A stretch of 63,203 bases of DNA, filler included, from Globobulimina sp. (taxonomy: Eukaryota), in assembly GCA_003354225.1 (NCBI GenBank). It is 13 parts of 13 records of this genome, joined end to end, with 100 filler letters (N's around TTAATTAATTAA, not from the genome) between each part and the next. Parts side by side here need not be neighbours in the genome. Positions count along the whole stretch, not along the records: positions 9,758 to 14,534 come from PIVH01000931.1; positions 14,635 to 19,410 come from PIVH01000932.1; positions 19,511 to 24,281 come from PIVH01000933.1; positions 24,382 to 29,150 come from PIVH01000934.1; 9 more parts are not named here. One strand, given 5' to 3'. A program made the position numbers and the translations under genes. Positions 11,664-27,300 of this stretch are shown in pieces (position 1 is the first letter of the stretch; the number at the start of each line of letters is the position of its first letter). The notes under the pieces were generated by a model. It had not been told where the DNA came from and ran no database searches. It saw nothing but the letters and a program-made list of their open reading frames with translations.

Positions 11664-13990
11664 ATGCCATACAAACATGTCATATTCAAATCTGTCCAAA
11701 CATTATTACTAATATCATGCCTCCAAAGTTACTTTTGTCTAAACATAACTGTAAAAATATGTACAAATTGCACCAGGTGTCGCCAGTCAACTCACTAGAA
11801 TTCCAACACCCACTCCCATCAACCAACCAACAGCAATGCCAACACCAGTTCCGTTTGCATTATGTTGCGATTGCATAGACTCCACGCCCACCATTGCCGG
11901 CTGCCCCATTGACCCAGACTGTGAAGATGAAATTTGCATTGATCTACCCTCATGTTGCACCATTGAATGGCAGTCACTATGCGCCAACACAGCAGAAACC
12001 ATATGTTTCCCACCAAACAATGCAACCATCTCGCCCACAAATTCACCGCTCCCTTCATTACCATTATGTTGTGCATGTACCAACGCAACAAATATTAATG
12101 GAAAACGTTGCCCAATGGATGTCGCATGCGAACTGCTTATATGTGGACAAGACAGCTATTGCTGTAACACTATGTGGGATGACATATGTGCCTCCGCTGC
12201 AACAAAAGTATGTAACAATGCTACCTTATCACCCACTATAAGCACCACATCAGCACCGACTACAAATCCGACACATCAACCTACATTACACCCAACTATA
12301 CCTCCCACATACCATCCAACCATCATTCCATCACAACATCCGACAAAATATCCCATGATTCCCCCAACAATGTCTCCTTCAGTGCTGCCATTATGCTGTG
12401 CTTGCACTGAAATTAAACCTGGCAATGTTGGTTGTGCAGCAGATACGGAATGTGAAGTTATAGTATGTGATATAGAGAGTGCGTGCTGTGTCACTCAATG
12501 GAATGTATCATGTGTTACTATTGCAGAGTCTGTTTGTAATGATAGTATGTATACATTACCACCTACTATTCGTGAGACATCATCATCGCCATCACCAACA
12601 CCTGAACCTACCCCAAAACCTACCTCTTCGCCTTCACCTTCGCCCAATGACATAACAACGTTGGATCCCACAGAAATACCATCATCACAACCCACCGACA
12701 TACCGACACCTTTGCCGACCACAAATCCGACATTGAGTCCGTTTACAACTACAAACACACCAACCTCAAACATACCAACTACAGACATACCAACTACAAA
12801 TACACCAACTACATACATACCAACTACAATTATACCAACTATCAAAATACATACTTTATTACCGACTATAAATCCGATTGTTGGAATCTCCACAGATTTC
12901 CCGACATTGCGGCCTGTTTCAGGTAATATATGAATATTTTTTGATTTGTTTGATAACTAACTGTTTTTTGTGCAGAACGACCTACTTTTCCGCCATCAGA
13001 TTACCGTACACCTACTATTGCGTGTGATGAGTGTTATAAATATGGAGTGGAATTAGTTAATATTGAACAAGATGATGATATGATGGATATTGATGAATGT
13101 AATGATAAAAATAGGAAGCACAGTGATAAGAAAGGGAAGAAAAAGAAAAAGAACAAGAATAGCAGAGGTAAACGGAAATTGTTGAATACATATTTGTATG
13201 GCAAAAAATATGCAGATAACTATAATAAATGTGCGCGGAAAAATAATGGTAATGGAATGGGGAGGAATAAGCACAAAGGCTATGATTGTGAGAGTGAGGT
13301 TTGTTTAACGTATGCGGTGATTGCCTATGACGAAAGATGTGGTGCATTGAATGCGATATTTTTGCCATTATGTGATGAGGATTGGCGTAGATATAATTGG
13401 ATGGATATGAGTGCCGAGTATTTGGATCGTAATCATCGTATTATTACTAAAGTGTACCCGCGTGGTTTGACTGTATACAGTGCAGTGATGTATGATGCGT
13501 TGGGGATTATGGTTGAATTCGATGCGTTACTGTTTGTGGATGCGTTTACTATATGTTTAAAGGGGTTGAGTGTGGATGATAATTATTATAGAAACGATTT
13601 TGATGAAATCACAGTCGCAAATTGGGTGGTGTTTAACGTTGAGGGCGAGGGTGAAAGATGTATAAATAATGATGGCTTGCCATGTTTTAGTTTGGTATTT
13701 TATTTTATATTTGAATTCGTTTGGCGCATTGCAAGAATTGTTTGTGTGTATACAGATTTTATGTTTGATGGGAACTGCTAAGATGGTAAGTTTTATTATA
13801 ATTAATGCAAGGTTGTAGTTTGATTATTGACTGATTGTGTGATATATGATATAATTTGCGTTGAAATATAGTACTAGTCATTGTAGTGTGTCTTTTTAGC
13901 ATTTTTTCCATGTCTTATTTTTATTGAGTTTTTTCTTAATATTGCATTGCTATTAATTGTAATTATTGGATTGTTTGTTAGTTTATGACC
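11664..13990 (+). CDS. Secreted or type-I membrane protein with three Cys-rich repeats and Pro/Thr-rich mucin-like stalks; multi-exon, 3' end approximate
   Basis: Signal-peptide-like exon from ATG 11664. ORF 11836..12933 has 3 x CCxC..C..D..CE..[IV]C....CC...W...C...A...C and PT repeats. The gene appears to continue through ORF 13047..13781 and a hydrophobic exon near 13872-13980. Confidence 0.6.
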
Positions 13991-14108
13991 ATTTATTTAT
14001 GTTTTACTAGGTTTTTTTCATATAATCGACACAATAATTATGCATGTAAACGTAGCTTGGTTTTCTTGAGGTTTTGCCACGCCACTTTAAAAAAAAAGTC
14101 GTTACTTT

Positions 14109-14534
14109 ATGTCTGACACCTTTCAATATTTTGTAAAGAATTCATTCACCATCAAAGATTATGGAAAAACAATCGTAAAAAAGGATAATTCAGATAAAAC
14201 TGTGTATGGTGGGCAAGTCGTGAAAGGAAGCGGCATTTTTATATGGCAAATAAAAATAAATAAATTAACAGATTGGGATTGTGTAATCGGAATCGATGAA
14301 GCAAATCATAAACATACAAACACAGACTTTGCTAATAAATCTGATTCAACCATTCATTATGGATATGATGCAGATGGTAATAAATTTGATTCAAATGGTA
14401 ATGATAGTAAATATTCAGTTGTTTACGACGAAGGAGATTTAATAACAATGGAATTAAATTTAAATAAAAATTGGCTCTCATTTGGAAAAAATTCATCAAA
14501 ATTAAAAAAAGCATTTGAAATTAAAAAATCTAAA
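14109..14534 (+). CDS. SPRY/B30.2-like domain protein, truncated by the contig end
   Basis: WQIKI, CVIGI, YGY..DG and GDLITMELNL...LSFGKN pattern typical of SPRY domains. Confidence 0.7.
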
Positions 14535-14793
14535 NNNNNNNNNNNNNNNNNNNNNNNNNNNNNNNNNNNNNNNNNNNNTTAATTAATTAANNNNNNNNNN
14601 NNNNNNNNNNNNNNNNNNNNNNNNNNNNNNNNNNTATTAGTTTCATTGGTAAATTGCACCAACGTCCTAACGCGTAAAGCGAAAGCACACCATTTCTGTT
14701 TTTATCCCTCCATATTGGAACTACTGGTGCAGTATGATCAGATGGATTCAATTTGAACGTTGACATTTCAACCAAAAGAAAGTCAGAAAAACA

Positions 14794-14843
14794 ATTTTCG
14801 GATTTAAGCCAAATAAAGCATCATTTTCGGATTTAAGCCAAAT
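14794..14843 (+). repeat. 21-bp direct repeat ATTTTCGGATTTAAGCCAAAT, two copies
   Basis: Exact copies at 14794-14814 and 14823-14843. Confidence 0.85.
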
Positions 14844-15242
14844 GCTCTCATAATTATCATATTTCAAAATCAAAATAGGTACAGCAGCTGCATTATTCAT
14901 TATTAATAATTATGTTTATATCTGTTCTGAAAAGAAATATTATTAAACGTTCACACATTTCTGACACGAAACAACAAACAATTTAAAAACAAGCATGTGT
15001 GGCGAAGGCATGGGTCGTGTGTTTACCATCAAACCCTCTTCCACCAATAGGTATATATCAAACACTCGTCGTGTGTAAGCCATTATTTTTGATATCTGCG
15101 ATTATTCAAATGACTGTTAATTTATTGAAAAAAAATATATTTCGCAGTAATTATACAAAATTGCACATCAGAACAAAAAGTGTGAGAATCAGAGAATTCA
15201 ATTGTGTCAAAATATGATTAAATATGATTAAAAAGTTCCAAT

Positions 15243-17867
<2,625 letters not shown>

Positions 17868-18067
17868 CTTATTTGTCTTTATGCGACTTAAGTGATATTG
17901 TGCATGATATTTTTATGTTTTTTTTATTTTAAGCACATGTACGCCAATTTCCATTTTCACAATGCAACCAAAACAAAAACTTGTCAACAAAAAAAATATT
18001 AATTATTATATTGTATTATTTATAATTTATAATGTCTGGTTAAATTATTTCAATCCTCCATTAAAAT

Positions 18068-19410
18068 TTACTCTTCACATTCTACAATTGGCTGATCACG
18101 ACTATGCTTTGTGAGTGGCACCAATTCAATGTCCGTTTCCGATGCAGTCTTAGTTTTTGTTTCATTTGTTTGATTTTGCGATGCAGATTTATCGTCAGAT
18201 TTATTGCTCAGCAATGCAAGTTTTGCTTTAGAATCATCAGACGTTGTATGCAATTGTGTGCTTTCATTATCAGTGGTTCTATTTCTACCCGAACCAGAGG
18301 AATAAATTGAGCCACCATTACATGTATGGAACCAAACGATAATAAGAATATCCTGCTTTAACTCATCCACTTTGTCGCACAATTCATGAACAAAATAATC
18401 TTTGTTTACTTTCTTGCCATCTGAACATGAAATATTTTGCTCATCGGCATGGCTGATAATATGAAGCATAATACATTTGACACCCAGAAAGGTTTGGGCC
18501 TGGACATTATCCAATGCGTCAAATATATTTCTTTTTGTTGTATACAGTCTCTGTTCATTCAATATCTTCACAGTATAATTATACCGATCACCCCATAGTG
18601 CTTTTAAATTATTAACATTTGGTCTGACAGATAAAGAGCTCAAATCATCAAAAACTCCAATGGGAATGATTAAAATCCATGCTTTATCCACAAAAAATGC
18701 ATCCAAATATTTCTGACGTTTTCTCCAATACCATATAATTAGAATAATTACAATACAGAAAGTAATAAATAAAAAAGGTAATATAATTCCCAATACAGTA
18801 ACTAATGGAAAGTGTGGGTCTACTGTTAATTTATCAAAATATTGTATGGTGGTCGAGGTTGGAATGGACTGCAAGTTAATGTCTTGAGAATTAAATAAAA
18901 TATGCAAGTCTGTGTCATCTAAGCCATTTGTTTCAAATCCTAGCACAAATTCGTTGTTATGGCAAGACTCACAAATATCGTCACCAACATCACATATCGC
19001 ACATACATCCATTGCAATTATTAACTGCTTTGCGATGCCAACTTCTGAAACCATAATATTGAGCTTATTCGTTCTGGAGAAACAATTTGGTGATATATTG
19101 AAGGAAAAGTGGATAAATGGTCGATGAGATGTTGCTGTCTGGTTTAAATCAGTAAATGTTATCACACATCTTTGTAAATTGAGAGTGACGAAATGTGCTC
19201 AGAATTGGATGAAATGGCTACATTTAATCTGTAGATATCATTGTCATTCGCAGATAAATAATTTGTTAATTCGAAATGAAATGTGCAATCATAACAATTA
19301 TAAATGTGTTTATCGCATTTGCAATTATTAGTATTTACATTTAACACAATTTGTTCATGAATATCATCTGTTGTATCGGTGCAATTTGCCACTAATTGAT
19401 AATTCCAATC
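18068..19410 (-). CDS. Single-pass membrane protein with a cytoplasmic caspase-like (clan CD) domain; 5'-truncated
   Basis: TM helix VLGIILPFLFITFCIVIILIIWYW followed by RKRQK; then WILIIPIG, HIISHA (His site) and VWFHTCNG (Cys site). Confidence 0.6.
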
Positions 19411-19510
19411 NNNNNNNNNNNNNNNNNNNNNNNNNNNNNNNNNNNNNNNNNNNNTTAATTAATTAANNNNNNNNNNNNNNNNNNNNNNNNNNNNNNNNNN
19501 NNNNNNNNNN

Positions 19511-20708
19511 AGCAACCATAACCGCCGCGCCAATAAACAGTCCTCGCACTCCGCGAGCCAGCCACTTGCGTGATTTTAGGCGTGCCACAAAGCGGATAAC
19601 TCGGCACCGCGGCACCCGCCATTTTATAAGCATGATCCCGCAAATACACCACATTTTGCTGCTGATTATTATTTGGTTGATTGCCGGGATAATACAATGA
19701 CAAACCATCGCCGTGATACTCAAATCCGTAGGAATCATTATGCGGAAACAATGACCAATACGCGTCCATGTTGGTGGTGCCCGATTCTATCTCACTCAGA
19801 AAAGCAGACAAACTCGTTCCGCCACCTTGATTCCAGCCATATTCCCCCGCTAAAAATACTTTATTTGCATCAGAAACTTGCCTCGCCGCCTTCTGCAAAG
19901 CTCCCACATTCATTGGATAGTAATGCTGCGAATGCATATCAAAGCAATCAAAGGTTAGTTCCTGAGCATTGACGCCATTCCTTCCATTCAATATCAACTG
20001 TTTGCCGCTGAGGGACCGGATGTATTGACAGATCATTTGTGACCAGGAAGGAGGCATCGCAGCGCCGGATTGGCCTAATTCGTTGCCAGTTTCCCAGGCC
20101 ATTATGGTCGGCTCATCTTTCAAGGCGATTTGCGTATAATTATTGACGTGGTTTAACAAATTGGAAATATAATTTTTGAAATCAGCAATAATCTGTTGGT
20201 TGGAATAAAAGTCCGCCTGATTGCCACTGCCTCGCCAACGCGTAAAGGTAAGCTCTCCGCCGTGATAATAGTCCCAGTTATCCGTCAACGGGATCACCAA
20301 TCGGACATTATGCTGTTTGGCGACATATATTACATAGTCAATATGGGCAATTCCAGTCGAGGTGAAATGTCCCAATGAGTCCTCATAGGATAACCCTTTT
20401 TGGCCTACGGAGACACCCAAAGTATGAGTACGTAACATAGTCGATCCCATCGTGTATACTGCCGTGGAAATTGCGTCATTGACACGGAACTGTGATGGAT
20501 AAGCAACGCCTGGCGAACCGTTTTCGTCTAAACCTGCCCAATATATATTGCCTCCCGCCATTCTAATTTCGTTGTTCTCAATGTATAATTTATTGCCTTT
20601 GCGCGTAACAAATGAATTTGGGTATTTTTTTAACAACGAAATTGTATCGCTTTGAGCGTCGCTAAATGAGAAACAAACAACAATTGCAAGCACCCAAAAG
20701 GAAGCCAT
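19511..20708 (-). CDS. Secreted glycoside hydrolase family 5 (beta-mannanase-like); 3'-truncated
   Basis: Signal peptide; LTDNWDYYHGG, EPTIMAWETGNEL (acid/base Glu), HYYP and AGEYGW (nucleophile Glu). Confidence 0.88.
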
Positions 20709-20774
20709 TTTCTTTTTGTTGAGTTTTTGGGAGAGTTTTCACAAAATTCTGTTGGGAGCGGAACATTTAAGATA

Positions 20775-22232
20775 ATGCAAACCAAATATGATTATTTCAT
20801 GGTAGCAATCACTGCGGTGATATATAGTTTTGGTTATTTTTATCGTGGCACAATATCTGCAATAACTGATGTATTGGAACACACATTCAATACAAATTCG
20901 TCTGGAGTGGGATTAATGTCCTCTGTATTTTTTGGAGGATATTGTTTGTCGCAAATTCCAATTGGCATTATTTTGCAAATATACAAACCAGAATTTATTC
21001 TGTTAATATCGACATTTGGATTGACTCTCACATCCACAATATTTGCAGTATCAAATAATATCTATTTAGCAGCAACAATTCATTTTATATCTGGCATATT
21101 GACAGCACCGTGTTTTTTATGTATGTTCTCTGTGGTCGCTCAAAGATTTGAATTGAATGCAGTTTCATTTTGGAGTGGAACCATGCTGTGTTTTGCAAAT
21201 ATATTTTTAATCGGAACTACAACATTACAGGCTTTTATTTATCAAAAATACAAAATGTGGAGAGAAATATATTACGTATTATCTTGTTTCTGTTTTGTGT
21301 TTGGAATCGTATTATTTATTCTGATGGTCTTTGAACAAAAGCAAAAATATAAAGAGCTACAACAAAATGACGAAATTGACATTGATGCTGCTGATGACAC
21401 GGCGGAATTTATGATGGTCGAATCGCACACTCCGTTGCCGGCACAATGCGCAGAAAAAAAGAATTCGAAAACAAACAGGAAATTAATATATATTCATAAA
21501 AATAAAGAAATATCAAATGAATTCGAAACCATTTTGCGATTAAAGATTGCATTAACAATACATTGGAACTATGTGTTGGGATTACTTGCTTTTTGCGTTA
21601 CAACGTTTATATTTTCATTGAATGGGCTCTGGATGGTCTCATATTTGATGATAAAGTTTGATTTCACGCGATCTCTATCTACATTCATCACTGGTTTCTT
21701 TTATTTATCATACGCTGTTGGTTCCATTACATTTGGTAAACTCTGTACTTATTATCATAGGAAAAAACTATTTATAAATATTTCATATTTGTTGGAGGCG
21801 GCAGCATTGATATTTATGTATTTACCCTATTTCCCAGACAATGATCATTGGAGTACTGTATGCATTGTGTTATTATGCAATATTATCAGTGGTATTGGTG
21901 CGGGAATTCAACCGATATTATTTGCATTGACCAGAGAATACAACAATTTCTATGATTGTGCAGATATTGCGAGTGGCATTGTAAATACTATGGGAACATT
22001 AACTGGCTTTGTAACTCAGTGGTTAATGGGTGTTTTGATTGATATAAATTGGAAGAATCGGAATGGGCAACACCATAATAATAATGATCGGGAATATACA
22101 GCGTCAGACTATGAATTTGCATTTTTAATTCTTCCAATTTGTGTTGTGGTTGGTTTCATAGTTTCATTGTTTATCAAAGAAACACATGGTCGAACTTTAG
22201 AATATAACGCAGACAAAATCGAAGAAGAATGA
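20775..22232 (+). CDS. Major facilitator superfamily transporter
   Basis: About 12 TM helices in two halves with a central loop; QIPIGIILQ and ASGIVNTMG. First ATG at 20775. Confidence 0.85.
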   Translation: MQTKYDYFMVAITAVIYSFGYFYRGTISAITDVLEHTFNTNSSGVGLMSSVFFGGYCLSQIPIGIILQIYKPEFILLISTFGLTLTSTIFAVSNNIYLAATIHFISGILTAPCFLCMFSVVAQRFELNAVSFWSGTMLCFANIFLIGTTTLQAFIYQKYKMWREIYYVLSCFCFVFGIVLFILMVFEQKQKYKELQQNDEIDIDAADDTAEFMMVESHTPLPAQCAEKKNSKTNRKLIYIHKNKEISNEFETILRLKIALTIHWNYVLGLLAFCVTTFIFSLNGLWMVSYLMIKFDFTRSLSTFITGFFYLSYAVGSITFGKLCTYYHRKKLFINISYLLEAAALIFMYLPYFPDNDHWSTVCIVLLCNIISGIGAGIQPILFALTREYNNFYDCADIASGIVNTMGTLTGFVTQWLMGVLIDINWKNRNGQHHNNNDREYTASDYEFAFLILPICVVVGFIVSLFIKETHGRTLEYNADKIEEE

Positions 22233-22535
22233 TTGATTATAAATATTCAAATCAAACAGACACAAATCAACAGATTTTTTACACTTCTTTTGTGAATTGA
22301 CTAAGTTTTTTCCGTGTGAGCCTGGAACCGGACTTACGTCCCGATGGAACTTTGTACTACTACTGCAGTTCTTAATTCCTATGGTGGTGAGGAAACGCAT
22401 TTATCGAAAGCTTCATACTACAAAAAAAAAGATGTTAAATTGTTTATATTAAAAGTTAGTCCATTATATAAACTACAGAGCCAAATTTAAATATCCACCA
22501 AACCTTAGCTGCTATGAAAACCCACATATTAAACA

Positions 22536-24143
22536 TCACATTATTTTAATATTAGGAATAACATCATGTAACACAACTTTTGCTTCAAACTTTAAGAAAC
22601 CAGCATTATATCCACTCAATACCATCACAATAAAACCATCATCATCGTCTAATACTATATCCTGATAGATTTTAAATGTATTTCTTTCTTTTTTGGAAAT
22701 TCTTATTATTTCATATGCATCCCTAATCTGATACGTCTCAGAAATTTTATCTTTATATTTTTGTAGAATGTGATTGTTACTCAAAACATCTTGCAACGAA
22801 TCCTCTTTATTGCACCAAATAAAAACAGGAAATCCAATAAACTGATCATGAATTCTAGTACATCCGTTAGAACATAGCATATCATTCAAATTCTCCTCAC
22901 ATATAAATCTAATCATTAATTTATGTTTTCCTGCTGCCATTATGTTATGTTCTTGATTGGGTATCATAAATATATTTAGCTTTCTCACATTTTTATATTC
23001 GTTGTTTTTATTTCTTATACATTCTGGTGATTCATTTGCAACTGCGAATTTTGTATCAATTTGTTGTATGATGCTCTCACAAAGTTCTTCACTTTGCTTT
23101 GTAGCCAAAATATAACATTTAATTTGTTGTTTTAAATGTGATAACTCGTTCGAAATCCAACTGAGGGTTACTTTTTCAGATCTGTCGGAACGGCGGTAAC
23201 GACAACGGAATGCTTTTAATTGGGATACTTCATATTCAAATTTCCTTTTTTTATAATTATATGGTTCAATTTGAAATATCAAAGAAATAATTTTATTTTT
23301 AGATTTTGGATTAATATTTTCCATAATTGAACAAATTGATTTGGTGTTATAATTAGAAATTCTTTCACCATACATTGAATAAAATGAAATATTTTGATTG
23401 GAGAGCATATTTAACAATTTATTTTTGATATATTTTTCAAGCCTCATTGTATTGATTGAATTATTAATAACTACACATTTTATTAAGCTTATTTCTTGAT
23501 TATAAACATCAAAATAATGCAATGCTAACACAAAATGTTTACCATAAAGAAATACATCATTTACAGTCATTTGTCTGCTGGCTCCATGCATAGAATCTAA
23601 AATGGTTAAATCTCTTTTGTCAAATATAACTAATGATGATTTAGGATAAATTGGATCAAATTGTGTGCACTTCTGATATTCTCCAATTTTATCAATAATG
23701 ATTGGAATTTGATATTTTTCTGCAACATTATTTGCTGTTTCTTGCTGCTCAAATATTAATGAATAAGTGGTCGCAGTATGATATCGATTGAATTCCATTT
23801 TATCTTTCCATCTCAATGCTTCTTCACGCTTCAAACCAAGTAAATTCTGCGCTAAACAAATACCAACAGAATATTTATTCATTTCCTTTAAACACAATAT
23901 GCCGATTCGTCTGGAAACGGATTTAAAAATAATTATTTCTTTTCGCAATAAAAATGAACAAATATTTACAACGGATTCATCGGAGATTTTGCCAAAATAT
24001 CGGCACATTGTTGAATTTCCAGGTGAATGAGGTGATGCATTTGTTAATAAAACCTTTTTGTCCGCAAGTCTGAATTGCTGTAATGTTGCATGTATTATTT
24101 GATACATTGCATTAAGTCGAGGTTTTGATGAATATGTTGTCAA
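22536..24143 (-). CDS. Hypothetical protein with a possible F-box-like segment near the N-terminus
   Basis: 535-aa ORF; ISDESVVNICSFLLRKEIIIFKSVSRRI resembles an F-box. Confidence 0.5.
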   Translation of the reverse strand: MTTYSSKPRLNAMYQIIHATLQQFRLADKKVLLTNASPHSPGNSTMCRYFGKISDESVVNICSFLLRKEIIIFKSVSRRIGILCLKEMNKYSVGICLAQNLLGLKREEALRWKDKMEFNRYHTATTYSLIFEQQETANNVAEKYQIPIIIDKIGEYQKCTQFDPIYPKSSLVIFDKRDLTILDSMHGASRQMTVNDVFLYGKHFVLALHYFDVYNQEISLIKCVVINNSINTMRLEKYIKNKLLNMLSNQNISFYSMYGERISNYNTKSICSIMENINPKSKNKIISLIFQIEPYNYKKRKFEYEVSQLKAFRCRYRRSDRSEKVTLSWISNELSHLKQQIKCYILATKQSEELCESIIQQIDTKFAVANESPECIRNKNNEYKNVRKLNIFMIPNQEHNIMAAGKHKLMIRFICEENLNDMLCSNGCTRIHDQFIGFPVFIWCNKEDSLQDVLSNNHILQKYKDKISETYQIRDAYEIIRISKKERNTFKIYQDIVLDDDDGFIVMVLSGYNAGFLKFEAKVVLHDVIPNIKIM

Positions 24144-24181
24144 ATATTATAAGATATTGGTCGAGAATGAGTCTGATATCG

Positions 24182-24281
24182 CTGATATCGGGGTAAGTAT
24201 GTGATATTTTCACTGATATCGGGTGAGCCGAAGGCGAATCCCGATATCAGTGAAAATATTACATACGAACCCCGATAGCAG
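24182..24281. repeat. Long palindromic (foldback) element with a central GCC-GAA-GGC mini-hairpin, at the contig end
   Basis: 24197-24223 pairs with 24240-24266 (26/27 matches); 24182-24194 pairs with 24269-24281 (12/13). Confidence 0.9.
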
Positions 24282-24381
24282 NNNNNNNNNNNNNNNNNNN
24301 NNNNNNNNNNNNNNNNNNNNNNNNNTTAATTAATTAANNNNNNNNNNNNNNNNNNNNNNNNNNNNNNNNNNNNNNNNNNNN

Positions 24382-27300
24382 ATTCTGGTGCGATCATAAT
24401 ATCCATTTATAATACAGATGGTGCGGCGACTACTGTCGGACTGCAGATTAAAATAAGAAACGTAAATATATCCACAGCTCAGGTATACAAGTATGAAAAT
24501 GAAATAAATTCGCTGTTTTATTTCAATCCGAATGATTTAGTAATTATGCAAGATGTACGTGCGAATTATCAATATGATTTAACTGAAAATTGTCATCCAA
24601 CGGAACGTGACTCGCAACAAATACAGTATGGATATATTGTTATGTCTTGTTATAATCCGATATCATTGATTTGGTCAACGGGAACGGTGACTATTGAAAA
24701 TATGGTACTTTCCAATGGTGTCTATAATCAAACCATTTCAAATTATAACGAGTATATATTAAATAAATTAAATTTTTCAGCTGGAAATATTACAGTCAAT
24801 TATCAGTATGAAGTTGCCGCCGATTATGGATTAATTTGTAATACGGGATTTTTATATATTTATAATCTCAGTGTTGATACAGTAACGTTTCATGATAAAA
24901 TTATATACCTTCATTACGGGAAAACGATATTCATTGATGGTGTCAACACTAAATATTATGAAAATTATTGTAACGAAGGCATTGATTGTAAGGTATTTGA
25001 TGCAAATACTTTAATTTCGTCCACATGGATCCATATTGCAGGTGCGTTTAGTTTCTGTAAAATACAAAAATCTTCATTTTCAGAAATATCATTATATCCT
25101 TATTAACGTATTTAGATGGTTTGGTTTGTAGATGGTTTGGTTTTTAGATTTTCTAGAATCAAATTAAAAACACTCGATCTGAAAACAAATACGAAATCTA
25201 AAAAACATCCCATTTAGAATATTAATTTTGTTTTTTCTAATTTGTATACATTTATTTGTACGTATACAGGTGCTATGAACGACGGTATTATCAAAACAAC
25301 AGTGAACATAACAAATTCATATATCGCTCACACATCATTTTATGGAATTTATTCCCTTGTCAGTGGATATTTTCTCGAAATTTATATTTCAAATTCAATA
25401 TTTACTGACACATTAATGGCAGTATGGCTCCGTTTTGGATCTTCGTTACACATTTTTTCGACAGATTTTGTACGAATTGGTAGATTGTACGGTGACAAAA
25501 ATATTTTTTATTACAATCCAGCTGATTCGCATGAATATTTTAGAACTATCGCCATGTTTCATTTTGACAGCTTTCTTATTGAAAATTGTAATTTTACACA
25601 TTATAATCCTGCCGGTTTTATTTATGCATTTCATAATCACGGTCCAACCATGATAAAAAATAATGTTTTTGAGTTAAATATAGCTGGCATCTCCGCTGAT
25701 TCTTGTCCCTTTATTAAATATCCGTTAAAAGAATTGATTCTTACCTATGATACTCCCATTCAATTTGTTGATAACTATTTTGGTGAAAACAATATGGATC
25801 CAACAATACCATGGATTCGTGTCGATGACTGTCCATCGCACAATGTAACCTGTTTAAGCGGCAACACATTCCATGGATATGGCATAAGAACAGAAGAGTG
25901 CAATATGACAAGCTGTTATAGACCACAGGTTTTAACTCAATGTCTAAGTGTAGAGGGATGCTGTCATTATGATGAGTATGGTATTATTAATTACCAATAT
26001 AATCAAAGAGGTAAATTTATATTAAATAATGCAAATATTTCGCCGTTTTCAATTGTTGGAGGAGACACACGTTTTGTTATTGACAATGTAGAATTTGAAA
26101 TATATGATGACAGACCATCAATTTCACAAATTAGTGATGGTAATATATTAATCATGGATTCAAACATAAGCACCCAAAATAGCACTGCTATAACGAATCA
26201 TTTCTCATATTTAACAGATAAATGTACTCTTTTTTGCAATGAATTGTATTCAGCAACAACAATGACACAAACATCAATAAAATGTGATTCTTATTTATTG
26301 TCACAACAACTGATACAACCAATGCTATCATATACGTCCAATCAGAACATAACAAAATATATTCATCATTTATCCGCATCGCATTTAGTATTAACCGCAG
26401 CCGACAAATATTTTGCGGGGAGTTTTTTGGAAATTTATTTTGAAATAGCCGATGCATTTGGAACTGTTATAAATAACACAGAATATGGGCAGGCAATAAC
26501 TATTGATTTAAGCAACGACGAGTTATCATTTTATGATGAATTAATAATAAATAATAGTATTTGTCCGCGCTGTGACTCGGGAATCTATATATCATCGATC
26601 ACATTAGCTGACACTGGCAAAATATTCGAAATTAAAGCAGCTGTACGCAATGATTTATTATTTGTAAATGACATGTTTATAGAAATAGGTCCCTGTCCCT
26701 CCGGTTATGGTGAAAACGAGCATGGGACGCAATGTGTGCGTTGCAGTAAAGGTCACTTTGCGTTGCTATCCGGAAATGGCAAATGTTATTCATGCGATGA
26801 AGAAAACAATATCGGCTTAAAGTGTCCAGGAGGCGATGAACTGAGCATTATTAAAAATTATTGGATCGCAATTAAAAATATCACGCGTGTTTCTGACGAT
26901 GCTGAGCTGTCATTATTTGGCAATAAACAAATTATCTCCGCCTACTGTCCATACAATACATGCTGCGCAGCACAAGGCGGCTGCGACTATGATATGGGAA
27001 ATAATAACAAGTTATGTGCCATGAACCGCGACGAGAATGTCCCTCTTTGTGGAGCGTGTGAATGGGGCTATTCTGCCTCAATGAGTTCATTGCAATGTAC
27101 AAAATGCGACAATATTAATTATGTCTGGTTGTTGTGTCCGATGTTGTTGGCATTCTTTATTTCGTTTTATTTAATTGTTTCAAAATCTGAACTGTCTCAA
27201 TATAGTGGAAACAGAAAAAGAAAGGAACGGAGATCGACGTATTTAACGACTTTGTGTCATATTACTAAATTGATTACGATTATGTTTAAAGTGATATTAT

